Part shown: piece after piece, positions 20,301 through 30,379 of the stretch | How the letters are laid out: every line of letters begins with the position of its first letter | How positions within the stretch are numbered: position 1 is the stretch's first letter | Origin: Candidatus Latescibacterota bacterium | GTDB taxonomy: Bacteria; Latescibacterota; UBA2968; UBA8231 | Direction: 5' to 3' | NCBI GenBank assembly: GCA_965203355.1 | Contig: OZ241889.1 | Coordinates: forward strand, 1,024,001 to 1,088,000 | DNA: 64,000 bases | Notes under the pieces: model-generated | Seen by the model: the letters and a program-made list of their open reading frames with translations, nothing else | What the model was told of the DNA's origin: nothing | Database searches by the model: none | Position numbers and translations under genes: made by a program

Positions 20301-20366
20301 GCGGCCTATTCGCCGCGTCTTTTTTGCCCGCTGTTAAACCCGTTCAAAAAGGAGTATCCACGGAAG

Positions 20367-21449
20367 ATGAAAGCGCTCGTTGCGCTCGCAGACGGCACCG
20401 TCTTTGAGGGCCGTGCCCTGGGTCGAGGGGGTGAGTGCCTCGGCGAAATGGTCTTCAATACCAGCATGACCGGCTATCAGGAAATTCTCACGGACCCTTC
20501 CTATGCCGGTCAGATCGTCACCATGACGTACCCACTCATAGGCAACTACGGGGTCACACCGGAAGACGACGAATCGGTGCGGCCCCAAGTTCGCGGCTTC
20601 CTGATGAAAGAATGCGCTCGCCTGCCGAGTAGCTGGCGGGCGCGCCAGAGCTTGCCTGACTATCTCGAAGAGCACGGCGTACTCGGCATCGAGGGCATCG
20701 ATACCCGCGAGTTGACGCGCAGAGTGCGCATTGAGGGCGTGATGGACGCTGCCATTTCCACCACCGATCTCGACCCGGACAGCTTGGTCGAAAAGGCGCG
20801 CACTTGGCCGGGGCTTGTCGGTGTGGACATGGTCGCCGCCGTTAGCTGCTCGGTGCCCTACGTCGAAAGCCCCGAAGCCCCGCGCTTCCACGTCGTCGCC
20901 CTCGACTACGGGATCAAGCGCAATATCGTCCGCTGCTTGGTCGCCGCAGGATGCAAGGTAACGGTCGTGCCAGCTAAAACCACGGCCGACGAGGTCTTGG
21001 CCTTGGAGCCGGACGGCGTCTTTCTCTCCAACGGCCCGGGCGATCCCCGGCCCCTCGACTACGCGATCGCGACTTGCCAGGGCCTCATTGGCAAGAAGCC
21101 GATCTTCGGCATCTGCTTGGGCCATGAGATTGTCGGCTTGGCCTTTGGCGCGGAAATTTACCGCCTCAAGTTCGGGCACCGTGGAGCCAATCAGCCGATC
21201 AAGGAACGCGCCAGCGACCGGATTCTAATCACCGCTGAAAACCACGGCTGGGGCCTTGCGGCCGGCTCGCTGCCCGATTGTCTCGAAATCACTCGCCTCA
21301 ACCTCAACGACAACTGCGTCGAGGGCCTGCACCACAAGGAGTTACCCATTTTTTCCATCCAGTGCCACCCAGAAGCCTCGCCGGGTCCACGCGACAGCTT
21401 CCATTTGTTTAGCTACTTCGTCGAGCTGATGGAAAAGCACGCCTCGTAA
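20367..21449 (+). CDS. carA: Carbamoyl-phosphate synthase small subunit
   Basis: GEMVFNTSMTGYQEILTDPSY, LSNGPGDP, FGICLGH, HPEASPGP. Confidence 0.96.
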   Translation: MKALVALADGTVFEGRALGRGGECLGEMVFNTSMTGYQEILTDPSYAGQIVTMTYPLIGNYGVTPEDDESVRPQVRGFLMKECARLPSSWRARQSLPDYLEEHGVLGIEGIDTRELTRRVRIEGVMDAAISTTDLDPDSLVEKARTWPGLVGVDMVAAVSCSVPYVESPEAPRFHVVALDYGIKRNIVRCLVAAGCKVTVVPAKTTADEVLALEPDGVFLSNGPGDPRPLDYAIATCQGLIGKKPIFGICLGHEIVGLAFGAEIYRLKFGHRGANQPIKERASDRILITAENHGWGLAAGSLPDCLEITRLNLNDNCVEGLHHKELPIFSIQCHPEASPGPRDSFHLFSYFVELMEKHAS

Positions 21450-21490
21450 GCCCTGCCCGTTCACTACAACTAAATCCAAGGAAGCGTTCC

Positions 21491-22537
21491 ATGCCCGTAG
21501 TCCAACACGACGTCCTCAAAGACCTCTGCCACCGCATTTTTGCCGCTACTGGCATCCCGGCTGATGACGCCCGCATCGTCGCCGACCACGTCGTCGAAAG
21601 CCACCTCCACGGCCACGACTCGCACGGCACTTGGCTAGTCTCCGGCTATGCCCGCGGGATGCAAAACAACTACGTCCGCTGGGAAGAGACCCAAGTCGTG
21701 CGCGACACGCCTGTGCTGAGGATCATCAACGGCAAGGGAGCCAACGGCATCGTCGCGGTCAATCGCGCCCTCGACATTGCCGTTGAAAAAGCCCAAAACT
21801 CCACCTTCGGCTTTGTCGGCCTCAACCACATCACCCATATCTGCCGACTCGGCGACTATCCGCCACGGATCGCCGCGCAGGGCATGATTGGCATGGTTTG
21901 GCTCAATGGCGGCGGCTTGTTTCTCGCGCCCTTCGGCTCGGCTGACCGCCGTCTGCGCCCTGAGCCGATCGCTTTTTCCGCCCCGCGCCAGCATGGTCCG
22001 CCGTTCATGCTCGATATGACCATGACCGTCGTGGCCGGTGGCAAAATCGTCCAGAAGAACATCCGCCAAGAGCCGATGCCCGAGGGTTGGGTTATAGATC
22101 GGGAAGGCCAGCCCGTCACCGATGCCCAGCGCTATTTAGACGACGCCGAAGGCACCGGCGTCTTGCCGTTGGGCGGCCTACAGTTTGGACACAAGGGCAG
22201 CGGACTGGCGATGATGGTGGAAATGTTGGTGGGGCCGCTCTCCCATGCTGGTTGCACGAAAGAAGGTGGCCGCGGCGGTAACGGGATCATGGTCTTGGCG
22301 ATCAATATCGAGGACTTTATCGCTTTGGATTCATACGAGCGCGAAGTCGAAGCGATGGCCGAGTGGGTGTGCTCGGCTCGCCCTTTGCCTGGGTTTGAAA
22401 AAGTCTATGCGCCCGGCGAAATCGAACAGCAGACTAGAGCGCGGCTGCTAGTCGAAGGCATTGATTTGCCCCAACCTACTTGGGATGAAATCGGCAAAGT
22501 GGCGGCGGAACTGGGCGTAGAGATGCCCGCGTTGTGA
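21491..22537 (+). CDS. Ldh_2 (malate/L-lactate/ureidoglycolate-type) NAD(P)-dependent dehydrogenase
   Basis: GHDSHG, HICRLGDY, LDMTMT, LPLGG..GHKGSGLA, PGEIE. Confidence 0.85.
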   Translation: MPVVQHDVLKDLCHRIFAATGIPADDARIVADHVVESHLHGHDSHGTWLVSGYARGMQNNYVRWEETQVVRDTPVLRIINGKGANGIVAVNRALDIAVEKAQNSTFGFVGLNHITHICRLGDYPPRIAAQGMIGMVWLNGGGLFLAPFGSADRRLRPEPIAFSAPRQHGPPFMLDMTMTVVAGGKIVQKNIRQEPMPEGWVIDREGQPVTDAQRYLDDAEGTGVLPLGGLQFGHKGSGLAMMVEMLVGPLSHAGCTKEGGRGGNGIMVLAINIEDFIALDSYEREVEAMAEWVCSARPLPGFEKVYAPGEIEQQTRARLLVEGIDLPQPTWDEIGKVAAELGVEMPAL

Positions 22538-22556
22538 GCTGTAGAGGCTGAAAGAA

Positions 22557-23798
22557 TCAGAAGAGTTTGAAGTTTTCCGCATCCATGCTGCGCGCTTGGT
22601 GCATGAGTACGGCGTTCATCAGCTCGATGGCCAGCCGCGACTCTAGGGTCGCGCCAGCGCGTACGCCCACGCAGGGGTCGTGGCGGCCCTTGGCGAGTTG
22701 GAACTCGATTTCTTCGAGGTCCTTGCGCACGGAATCTTGGGGCTGGGCGATGGTGGCCGTGGGCTTGAAACTCAAGCGGCAGACGAGCGGCATACCCGTG
22801 GTCACGCCGCCGAGCAAGCCGCCGTGGCTGTTGCGCTGGTAGCCGTTTTGGCGGATGGGATCGTTGTTTTGGCTACCACGCCGCGCTGAGACGGAGCACC
22901 CCGCACCTATTTCGCAGGCTTGTACGGCGTGTAGTCCGCCGAGGCTGCCCATCAGGCGCAACTTCAAGCTCTGATACAGAGGCTCGCCGACGAGGGGCGG
23001 CACGTTGACGGCCACTACTTCGAGTGCCGCGCCGACGGAGTCTTGCTCTTTGCGGGTTTTGGCAATCAGCTTGGCTGCTCGATGAGCGAAATCCGCATCC
23101 ACCGCGTGGAGCGGCCCGCGCTCCAATTCGCTTTCGAGGGCGGCACATGTTGCGGGCGACAGAGGCTGCCCCCCGGCTTCGACTAGCTCGGCGACTCGCG
23201 CCGCTAGGGAAATGCCCGTCTCCAACGACCCAACTTGGCAGATCGAAGACAAAATGGCGGTGCCAAAGTGCTCGGCTAGATAGAGGCGAGCAATGGTGCC
23301 GCCGATGACGTCGGAGATGGTCGAGCGATAGCTGGAACGCCCACCGCCGCGCACATCGACAAAGCCCCGCGATTGGTAGTGCTTGACTAAGTCGGTATGC
23401 CCGGGCCGGACGTGGCCGTGTGGCCCGGCGAACTGCTGGTAGTCGCCCGAGCGTTTGGCAACCGAAAGCACGGCCGCAGCAATCGGCTCGCCCGTAGTAA
23501 AGCCCGCGCTATAGGTGGGCACCGGCGTCTCGCTCTCGCTTAGGCGCAGTGCTGGGCCGGATAGGAGCTGGTCGTGGTCGTCTGAGTAGAGCCCGGACAG
23601 CAGAGCCACTTGGTCGTCTTCCCGCCGGGGAGTGCCCAGCTTGTTGCCGCCGGGGCGGCGGCGGTCGAGGTAGTGCTGGATCTGGGCACGCTCCACCCAC
23701 AGACCGGGGGGACAACCGAAGACCGTGGTGACAATCGCCGGCCCGTGCGATTCTCCTGCTCCGGCAACGCCAAAAAGCGGCCCGCCGAGTATTTCCAT
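22557..23798 (-). CDS. aroC: Chorismate synthase (divergent)
   Basis: GESHG, RRPGG, RPGHTD, GGGRSS.R, GG..TG, FKPT, GRHDPCV. Confidence 0.88.
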   Translation of the reverse strand: MEILGGPLFGVAGAGESHGPAIVTTVFGCPPGLWVERAQIQHYLDRRRPGGNKLGTPRREDDQVALLSGLYSDDHDQLLSGPALRLSESETPVPTYSAGFTTGEPIAAAVLSVAKRSGDYQQFAGPHGHVRPGHTDLVKHYQSRGFVDVRGGGRSSYRSTISDVIGGTIARLYLAEHFGTAILSSICQVGSLETGISLAARVAELVEAGGQPLSPATCAALESELERGPLHAVDADFAHRAAKLIAKTRKEQDSVGAALEVVAVNVPPLVGEPLYQSLKLRLMGSLGGLHAVQACEIGAGCSVSARRGSQNNDPIRQNGYQRNSHGGLLGGVTTGMPLVCRLSFKPTATIAQPQDSVRKDLEEIEFQLAKGRHDPCVGVRAGATLESRLAIELMNAVLMHQARSMDAENFKLF

Positions 23799-23942
23799 GC
23801 CAAAGGCTCCTTTGCCAAGGGATGCAAAAATCTACGGCTTTGCTAGGTGGGCGGCAATCGGCGCGTTGCCGGTTGCGGGCTAACCATAAGAGGCGTGGAA
23901 GCGATTTTTTTATTACTTTTGAGCAACGCAAAAAGGCGATCA

Positions 23943-25409
23943 ATGGCAACCAACGAATTGGAGCCCGGCGTTTCAAACAGCCGATACAAGAAGCTCGAAA
24001 CCGAGCTGCGCACGGAACTGATCGCGGCTCAAGAGCGGTTGCAGCAAGCTCCGTTCCCAACGCTCATCGTCTTGGGTGGTTTTGCCGGCGCAGGTACGAG
24101 CGCGGCGCACAACGCGCTCAGGCAGTGGATGGACTCCCACGGCATCGCGGTGTGCGCTTTTGACCCACCGTCCGCAGAAGAGCGCGACCGCCCGGAGTAC
24201 TGGCGCTATTGGCTTTCCTTGCCGCCGAAGGGCACCATTGGCATCTACTTAAACGGCTGGTACGCCCGCCCGCTGCGCGACTTGGCGCGTGGCCGCCGCG
24301 ATGAGGAGGCTTTTGACCGCGCTGCCGACCGCATTGCGGCCTTTGAAAACGCGCTCGTCGTCGATGGTGCGCTGCTGATCAAGTTGTGGATTCACTTGGG
24401 CAAAGAGGCGCGACAGCAACGCATTGCGGCCTTGGAGCAAAATCCGCTGAATCGCTGGCGGGTGACTGCGGGCGCAAGAGAGGGCTTGCAGTACTACGAC
24501 GAGTTCAAACGCGCCGCCGACCGCTTGCTGCACAAGACCGACATCAGCGGTGCTCACTGGCAGCTCGTTGAAGGCCGCGACCCTCACTACACATTGGCGG
24601 TGGCCCGCGCCGTGTGCGCCGCCATCCGCCAGCGTCTAGTCCCCCAAAAGAGCCGTTCCAAGCACGTTGGCTCAGACTGGCCGCCCGCCCCCAATGCGTT
24701 GACTCAGTTGGACATGGAAAAGCGGGTGCTCAAGAAAGAGTATCAAGCCCTGCTTGAGCGATACCAAGGTCGGCTCTATCGCTTGACTCAGCAGACGCGC
24801 CGCAAAGGCGTTTCAACCGTCTTGGTTTTCGAGGGGGTCGATGCCGCGGGCAAGGGCGGGATCATCCAGCGGCTGACGGCTGCTCTCAATCCCTGTATCT
24901 ATAAAATTATCCCGATCGCCGCCCCCACCGACGAAGAACACGCCCAACACTATCTCTGGCGTTTTTGGCGCCATCTGCCGCGGGCAGGTCGGATGGCGAT
25001 TTTCGACCGCAGTTGGTATGGCCGGGTGCTGGTCGAGCGCGTCGAGGGGTTTGCCGACAAAGCCGCTTGGCAGCGGGCATACGGCGAAATCAACGATTTC
25101 GAGCAGCAGCTAACAGACCACGGCATGGTGGTGGCCAAGTACTGGATTCACATCGACAAGGACGAGCAACTGCGGCGCTTTAAGTCGCGGCAGGTGACGC
25201 CGCACAAGCGCTGGAAGATCACCGATGAGGACTGGCGCAACCGCGAGAAATGGGACGAGTACGAGGCCGCTGTTGACGACATGGTAGCGCGCACCCACAC
25301 GCCCGCCGCTCCTTGGACCTTGGTGGAGGGCAACGACAAACGCTTTGCCCGCCTCAAGGTCATCGAGGCGTTTTGCCAGCAGCTAGAGCAGTCGCTTGCC
25401 AGCGGTTAG
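23943..25409 (+). CDS. pap: Two-domain PPK2 (polyphosphate:AMP phosphotransferase, class II)
   Basis: Degenerate N-terminal PPK2 domain plus a C-terminal one with FEGVDAAGKGG, FDRSWYGRVLVERVE, WKITDEDWRNR. Confidence 0.88.
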   Translation: MATNELEPGVSNSRYKKLETELRTELIAAQERLQQAPFPTLIVLGGFAGAGTSAAHNALRQWMDSHGIAVCAFDPPSAEERDRPEYWRYWLSLPPKGTIGIYLNGWYARPLRDLARGRRDEEAFDRAADRIAAFENALVVDGALLIKLWIHLGKEARQQRIAALEQNPLNRWRVTAGAREGLQYYDEFKRAADRLLHKTDISGAHWQLVEGRDPHYTLAVARAVCAAIRQRLVPQKSRSKHVGSDWPPAPNALTQLDMEKRVLKKEYQALLERYQGRLYRLTQQTRRKGVSTVLVFEGVDAAGKGGIIQRLTAALNPCIYKIIPIAAPTDEEHAQHYLWRFWRHLPRAGRMAIFDRSWYGRVLVERVEGFADKAAWQRAYGEINDFEQQLTDHGMVVAKYWIHIDKDEQLRRFKSRQVTPHKRWKITDEDWRNREKWDEYEAAVDDMVARTHTPAAPWTLVEGNDKRFARLKVIEAFCQQLEQSLASG

Positions 25410-25410
25410 T

Positions 25411-27756
25411 TTACTCCTCCCGCATCCGCACTGGCGAGGCCGCTAGCCCGTCGGTCTTTATCACCTTGCCGCTTTTGTCGATCTGACCAAACTCCAGCAC
25501 GCCCGTCGGGCAAGACTGTACACACGCGCTACAGCGCACGCACTGCGGGTCGGCCATGGGCAACCCCTTGTTGGCAAAGTTCATAATGTCGATGCCTTGG
25601 TGGCACACCGAGGTGCAGACATTGCAGGAGATGCACTTTTTTTTGTCGGCGAGGATGCGGAAGCGGCTGAAGCGGGCGTAGAGGTGCATCAGGGCGGCCA
25701 GCGGGCAGGCGAAGCGGCACCACACCCGGCCGCTGAAATGCCAGTACAGGCCCACGCCTAAGATACCGGCCAGCAGCAAGTCAACCGACCACACGTAGTT
25801 GAGAAAAGTCAGCGGGAAGGGCAGGTTGCCGCCTTTGCCCGAGAATAGCCCCATGTAAATCCCGTTGATCCAGTGGTCGTGCGGCAAGACCCAGCCCACT
25901 AGGCGCAAGATGAGCAGTACGCTGGCTAGCAGCAGTACAACTTGCCCCACGATGTTCACCTTATTCCAGACCATGCCGTGCGGCATTTTGTGCCGATGCG
26001 CGTCGCCCATGGTTTCGGCTAGTGCGCCGCATGAGCAGATCCAGCCGCAGTAAGCCCCTTTGCCCCAGAAGTAGATGATCAGCGGTATGATGACAAAGGT
26101 CTGCACTAGGCTAATGGCCAGCCACCACCACAGCGGCTCGCTGGTGAAGACGTTCCAAAAGAACAGCGGCCAAGCGAGGATCAGCCCCAAAGAGCGCCAG
26201 TATTCGCGCCCGTGTTCGGCCCATTGCGACTCGGGGAACAAGGCGTCGGCCATAGGCTGGAGCCAAGCCCCCTCGTCGAACCAGCCATGGTACCCAGCCC
26301 AAGGCAAAAACACATAGGGCAGCAGAAAGAGTGGAATGCACTGAACCGCCATCAGCGTCAGCGTCTGCACCTTGATGTACGGTGTGCGCCGTCGCTTTAT
26401 GCGCTGTATGCCGAATAGGACGACGCACAGGCAATAGGCCAGCGAGTAGTAGAAACTCGGCTGGGTCATCGACACTTGCGCCGTGTCCCACAGAGTATGA
26501 GCGGCCGATGGTGACGCTAGGTTGAAGGGGAAGAGCTTGGCTTCTTGGAACCAGTGCTTGATGGGAATGCCCGCGTCGGTCTTCCAGTGGTAGATGAAAA
26601 CCGCCGCTAGCAGGATGAACCCCAAAGACAGCCAACGGCCCGGGCGCCATTCGCCGTTGATCTCCACGCGGCTGCGTCTGAAAAAGTCGAGCGGAGCCTC
26701 GCGCCCGATCATGGAAAACACCGCGTCGTTGGGCAGGCTCAGTTCCTGGCCCTCGGCGTCTTTGAGCGCGACCGCGTCTTCCTCGATGCGCAGCACTTGG
26801 CTGGCCATCAGCAGGCGGATCGATCCGGCTTGGCGGCCCTGCTCCACAAAGGCTCCGCTGCTGGTCGTCACCCGCTCGGAAGAAGGGGTATCGACGGCCA
26901 CGTCGGCCATTGGATCGGCCGCGAGCCTGTTCAGCTTTTCGACGTTTTCGGGCTTGGGGCGGGAAAACGCGGGCTTGCGGTAGGAGATGGTCACGCGCCC
27001 GCCGCATTGGGCGATGGCAATGGCCGCCTCTAAGGCGCTGTCGCCGCCACCAACGACCAACACGTCTTTGTCGCAGAAGTCAACCGGATCGTGCAAACGG
27101 TTGAAGACCTTGGCCAGATTCTCGCCCGGCACCCTTAGCTTGCGGAAGTTGCCCGAGCGCCCGATCCCGACGATCGCGCGGCGCGCCTTGATGTTCTCTT
27201 GGCCCGGGATCGCCAATTCAAAGAGGTCTCCCCGCTTTTTTATTTGCTCGACCCGCGCCAGGGTCGGCTCAATGCCTTGGGCGAGCGTCTGCGCGTGCAG
27301 TTCCTCAATTAGCGGCTCCTTGATCTCGGCCTTAAAGCGGATTTGCCCGGCCGGCTCCATCTCGGTGGGATACGTGTAAATGGGCTTGCCCTTGGGGAAA
27401 TTGACCAGCGTGGAAAACGGCTCGGTCGCCTCCAAAAGCACAAACGACAACCCGGCCGCCCGCGCCTCTAAGGCCGCGCTCATGCCGGAAACGCCCGCGC
27501 CGATAATCGCCAAGTCCAAGGCATCTTCCGCCCCCTTGCTGCGCTGGAATGCCGCGTCGGCTGCGATGTGCTGCACGGCTCGTGCGCCCGTATCGGCCGA
27601 GAACTTCAACAGCGGAATCCCGGTTAGGTCGCCGACGATGTACAGCCCGGGGACATTGCTCTGCCCGTGCTCATCCACGCGCGGCAACTTCTCGACCGCG
27701 CCGGCGGGCCACCGCAGGTGCAACCAGTGTAGATAGCGACTGAGAAAATTGCTCAT
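25411..27756 (-). CDS. TrxB-like FAD/NAD(P) oxidoreductase fused to a polytopic membrane 4Fe-4S domain
   Basis: IIGAGVSG and VVGGGDSALE Rossmann motifs; several TM helices; YCGWICSCG and WCRFACP; CISCNVCTSVCH and CVRCSACVQSCP. Confidence 0.8.
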   Translation of the reverse strand: MSNFLSRYLHWLHLRWPAGAVEKLPRVDEHGQSNVPGLYIVGDLTGIPLLKFSADTGARAVQHIAADAAFQRSKGAEDALDLAIIGAGVSGMSAALEARAAGLSFVLLEATEPFSTLVNFPKGKPIYTYPTEMEPAGQIRFKAEIKEPLIEELHAQTLAQGIEPTLARVEQIKKRGDLFELAIPGQENIKARRAIVGIGRSGNFRKLRVPGENLAKVFNRLHDPVDFCDKDVLVVGGGDSALEAAIAIAQCGGRVTISYRKPAFSRPKPENVEKLNRLAADPMADVAVDTPSSERVTTSSGAFVEQGRQAGSIRLLMASQVLRIEEDAVALKDAEGQELSLPNDAVFSMIGREAPLDFFRRSRVEINGEWRPGRWLSLGFILLAAVFIYHWKTDAGIPIKHWFQEAKLFPFNLASPSAAHTLWDTAQVSMTQPSFYYSLAYCLCVVLFGIQRIKRRRTPYIKVQTLTLMAVQCIPLFLLPYVFLPWAGYHGWFDEGAWLQPMADALFPESQWAEHGREYWRSLGLILAWPLFFWNVFTSEPLWWWLAISLVQTFVIIPLIIYFWGKGAYCGWICSCGALAETMGDAHRHKMPHGMVWNKVNIVGQVVLLLASVLLILRLVGWVLPHDHWINGIYMGLFSGKGGNLPFPLTFLNYVWSVDLLLAGILGVGLYWHFSGRVWCRFACPLAALMHLYARFSRFRILADKKKCISCNVCTSVCHQGIDIMNFANKGLPMADPQCVRCSACVQSCPTGVLEFGQIDKSGKVIKTDGLAASPVRMREE

Positions 27757-27850
27757 GGTCTCCTCCTGAATCCGCTCGGTTGTATATCCTGTTGGGAGTT
27801 CTCTACGAGGTTTCCACCTAATTAAAGCGTCTAATCACCGCGCACAACAA

Positions 27851-27880
27851 GGCCCCACGACAAAACATCGCCGTGGGGCC
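27851..27880 (-). terminator. Hairpin / probable terminator
   Basis: ggccccacg...cgtggggcc inverted repeat downstream of the FlgD-domain remnant. Confidence 0.5.
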
Positions 27881-27919
27881 ATTTGGGGGGACCTAAAGTT
27901 TTGCGTTTGTTTCATTCCC

Positions 27920-28520
27920 TCAAGGTAGCTTGGTCATCTTCTTGGTTTTCACGCTGCCATCTACCTCAACCTGATAGATATACACCCCGGCCGCCACTAC
28001 CTTGTCGGCCTCGTCGCGGCCATTCCACATAAACCGATGGCTCCCCGCCCCAAGCGGCCCCTGCCACACCTGCCGCACCCGACGACCCAACACGTCGTAC
28101 ACCCGCAGCGACACTCGCGCCGCGTCCTGTGCCAAATCGAGGGGAAGCACGACCGCCGGGTTGAACGGATTGGGGTAGCTATGGCCGAGGCGATGGTGCG
28201 CTGGCTGCGCTGCTAGCGCGGTAACGCGCCCTGTAACAACTCCTCGACTCCAGTCAGTTCAATCCAATCCACTTCCAAGCCCGCTGGCTTAGCCGAAGCT
28301 GGCCTGTCGGTCATATCCTCCAAGCCAAACACGAGTCGAATATCATCTAACAGCCCCTCCCACAAGGGATAATACCCCCAGTAACTCTTCTCCATGTCAA
28401 CCAACGAAAACTCGAACTCTTGCCATTCGGTCGTATATACAAACTCGCCGTAGGTGCCGTTTGAGGGAAGGGAGAACCGCGCCCTACGCGGAATGAGGAA
28501 AAAGGCTTGACAACCAGTTC
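27920..28520 (-). pseudogene. Internally deleted remnant of a large secreted protein with a C-terminal FlgD-Ig/'PNPFN' domain
   Basis: One fragment (..YTTEWQEFEF..WEGLLDDIRL..EVDWIELTGVEELLQG, stop at 28213) is joined out of frame to HRLGHSYPNPFNPAVVLPLDL..VYDVLGRRVR..WNGRD..GVYIY; no start codon or signal peptide seen. Confidence 0.65.
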
Positions 28521-28525
28521 AAAAA

Positions 28526-29974
28526 TCAACGCACCAACGTCATCCTTTGCGTCTGGCTAAACCCTGCCGCGGGCATCTCCAATCTATACAGGTACGTCCC
28601 GCTGGCTGTCGGCTGCCCGGCCGCGTCGCGCCCGTCCCAAGGCCGTAAGTACAGCCCGGCTGCTTGGTGTTCTTCTACCAGCAAGCGCACCCGCTGCCCG
28701 GCCGCGTTGAACACGCCGAGCCGCACCGGTCCGGCCACGGGCAATTCGTACTGGATCAGGGTCTGCGCGTTGAACGGATTGGGAAAATTTTGGTTCAATG
28801 CGAAACTCGTCGGCGTCGAGTCAAACGCCTCCTCAACAGCCGTTGCGGCTTGCTCGATGTCCTCGGCACTGAGAATCCCCTCACCCGGCTGCCAAACCGC
28901 CGTGTCGGGCCAGTAAGCGGTCCAAGCAAACCACATGGCATTGTACGCCGGGACTTGCGCCAGCCGTCGCCCGGCGAGCGGCCCGGCGATGGCTTCGCCG
29001 AGCATGTTCCAGCGCGAGCCTGTCTCCGCATCCACGAACTCCAGCGGCAACGGCCCTTCGGACTCCACGCCGTAAAAGCTCAATGGCCGGTCGTCGAGTT
29101 GGCGGAAGTAGGCCAAGGCCGTGCGCGAGGCCGCGTCGAATAGGACGACTACGGGATCGCTGCCGACGAGATCGTTGATCACCGCCCCGTCGGGCATCCG
29201 CGCGAAGGGAAAGGCTTTGGTCTGGTCGTTGCGGCACAACCCCAATACAAGGTCCTTGGTCTCAAAGCGATGGTCGAGTGCGCCGCCATTGGTAGTAGGC
29301 CGGAAGATCAGGTACTCGTTGCTGGTGCGGTAGTTGCCGTAAGGGTAGAAGGTGTATTGTCCTTCGTTGTAAGCGGGGCGCGAGTTGTAATGCTCCCAGC
29401 CCGTAGCGGCTTTTACTACGGTGGTATTTGGGTACATCCGCTGCCACAGGGCCCACGTCGTCTCGATCACGGGCATCAGCACTAGGCGGTCGCCGGCTCG
29501 GTCGCCGTTGATGGCCGTGTAAATCATCTGCGGGTAGAGCGTTTCGCCGTCGCGCCGGTCGTACATGACCAAGTTGCTGTTGATCAGCAGCCCGGAGACC
29601 CCGAATTCGATTTGCGCGCCGTCGTCATCCGTGGCGTTAAAGACTTGGCCGGTACCTGTGAGCGGGCACAAAGACACGGCGACCGACTGATCGCCGACGC
29701 GATCGTTGATGATCTCGTTCCACCAGCCAATGTTGTGCGGGTACGCGCGTGGTGTGCCGTTGATGACGATCCCCATGACCACGTCGTTTTCTTGGACGTA
29801 ACTTACTTCGTGCGGCGACGCGAAGGTGGGATTGGTTAGAGCGGGAATGCCGTCTTTGGGCACCCCGCCGGAGACGAGGTGGCTGGTGAGAAAGCGCGGA
29901 TCGTCGTAGCGGCCAGCTTCAGCCGGATGGGTCGCCGCTAGCAGCAGCAGAGCAGAAATAACGCCATGTCGCAT
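28526..29974 (-). CDS. Secreted DUF3179-domain protein with C-terminal FlgD-Ig/'PNPFN' domain
   Basis: Signal peptide; GGVPKDGIPAL, EIIND, CPLTGTG, FGVSGLL.NSNLVMYDR, WFAW; C-terminal QNFPNPFN..WDGRD..SGTYLY. Confidence 0.85.
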   Translation of the reverse strand: MRHGVISALLLLAATHPAEAGRYDDPRFLTSHLVSGGVPKDGIPALTNPTFASPHEVSYVQENDVVMGIVINGTPRAYPHNIGWWNEIINDRVGDQSVAVSLCPLTGTGQVFNATDDDGAQIEFGVSGLLINSNLVMYDRRDGETLYPQMIYTAINGDRAGDRLVLMPVIETTWALWQRMYPNTTVVKAATGWEHYNSRPAYNEGQYTFYPYGNYRTSNEYLIFRPTTNGGALDHRFETKDLVLGLCRNDQTKAFPFARMPDGAVINDLVGSDPVVVLFDAASRTALAYFRQLDDRPLSFYGVESEGPLPLEFVDAETGSRWNMLGEAIAGPLAGRRLAQVPAYNAMWFAWTAYWPDTAVWQPGEGILSAEDIEQAATAVEEAFDSTPTSFALNQNFPNPFNAQTLIQYELPVAGPVRLGVFNAAGQRVRLLVEEHQAAGLYLRPWDGRDAAGQPTASGTYLYRLEMPAAGFSQTQRMTLVR

Positions 29975-30112
29975 CGGATGCTCCTTTCGCTTCTCAACTT
30001 GTACCCATCGTAAAAGTTCCGCTCCCGTCAAGGCCCATGTTTTGCGGAACTGGCGATTTTGCCCGGGTTAGCGTATAGTCTTGATTGAAGCCTTGTCAAA
30101 GGAGCATTGATC

Positions 30113-30379
30113 ATGACCGAGACCTCTTCGCCGTCAGAGCGGCCCTATCCGTTAGATCACGAAGGACGCATCGCCCGCCTTGAAGGCATTGTCGAGCAAG
30201 TCGATGTCCGCCTAGGCCGCGTCGAAACCAAGATTGACGCCAATGGCCAAGCCATCCACGATATGCGCAAGGAACTTGAGGCCAAGTTCGAAGCCAAGAC
30301 CGATCGCCTCTTGCGGTGGGTCATTGCCTTACACGCGGCGACGTGGGGCCTAATCGGTGCCCTCAAGCTATTCGGCTAG
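30113..30379 (+). CDS. Small coiled-coil protein with C-terminal TM helix (CCDC90/DUF1640-like)
   Basis: RBS AAGGAG; heptads RIARLEGIVEQVDVRLGRVETKID; hydrophobic tail LLRWVIALHAATWGLIGAL. Confidence 0.65.
   Translation: MTETSSPSERPYPLDHEGRIARLEGIVEQVDVRLGRVETKIDANGQAIHDMRKELEAKFEAKTDRLLRWVIALHAATWGLIGALKLFG

Noticed and set aside
28526-29974. Selenocysteine recoding in the DUF3179 gene
   Set aside because: The ORF has no in-frame TGA; the motif reads CPLT.
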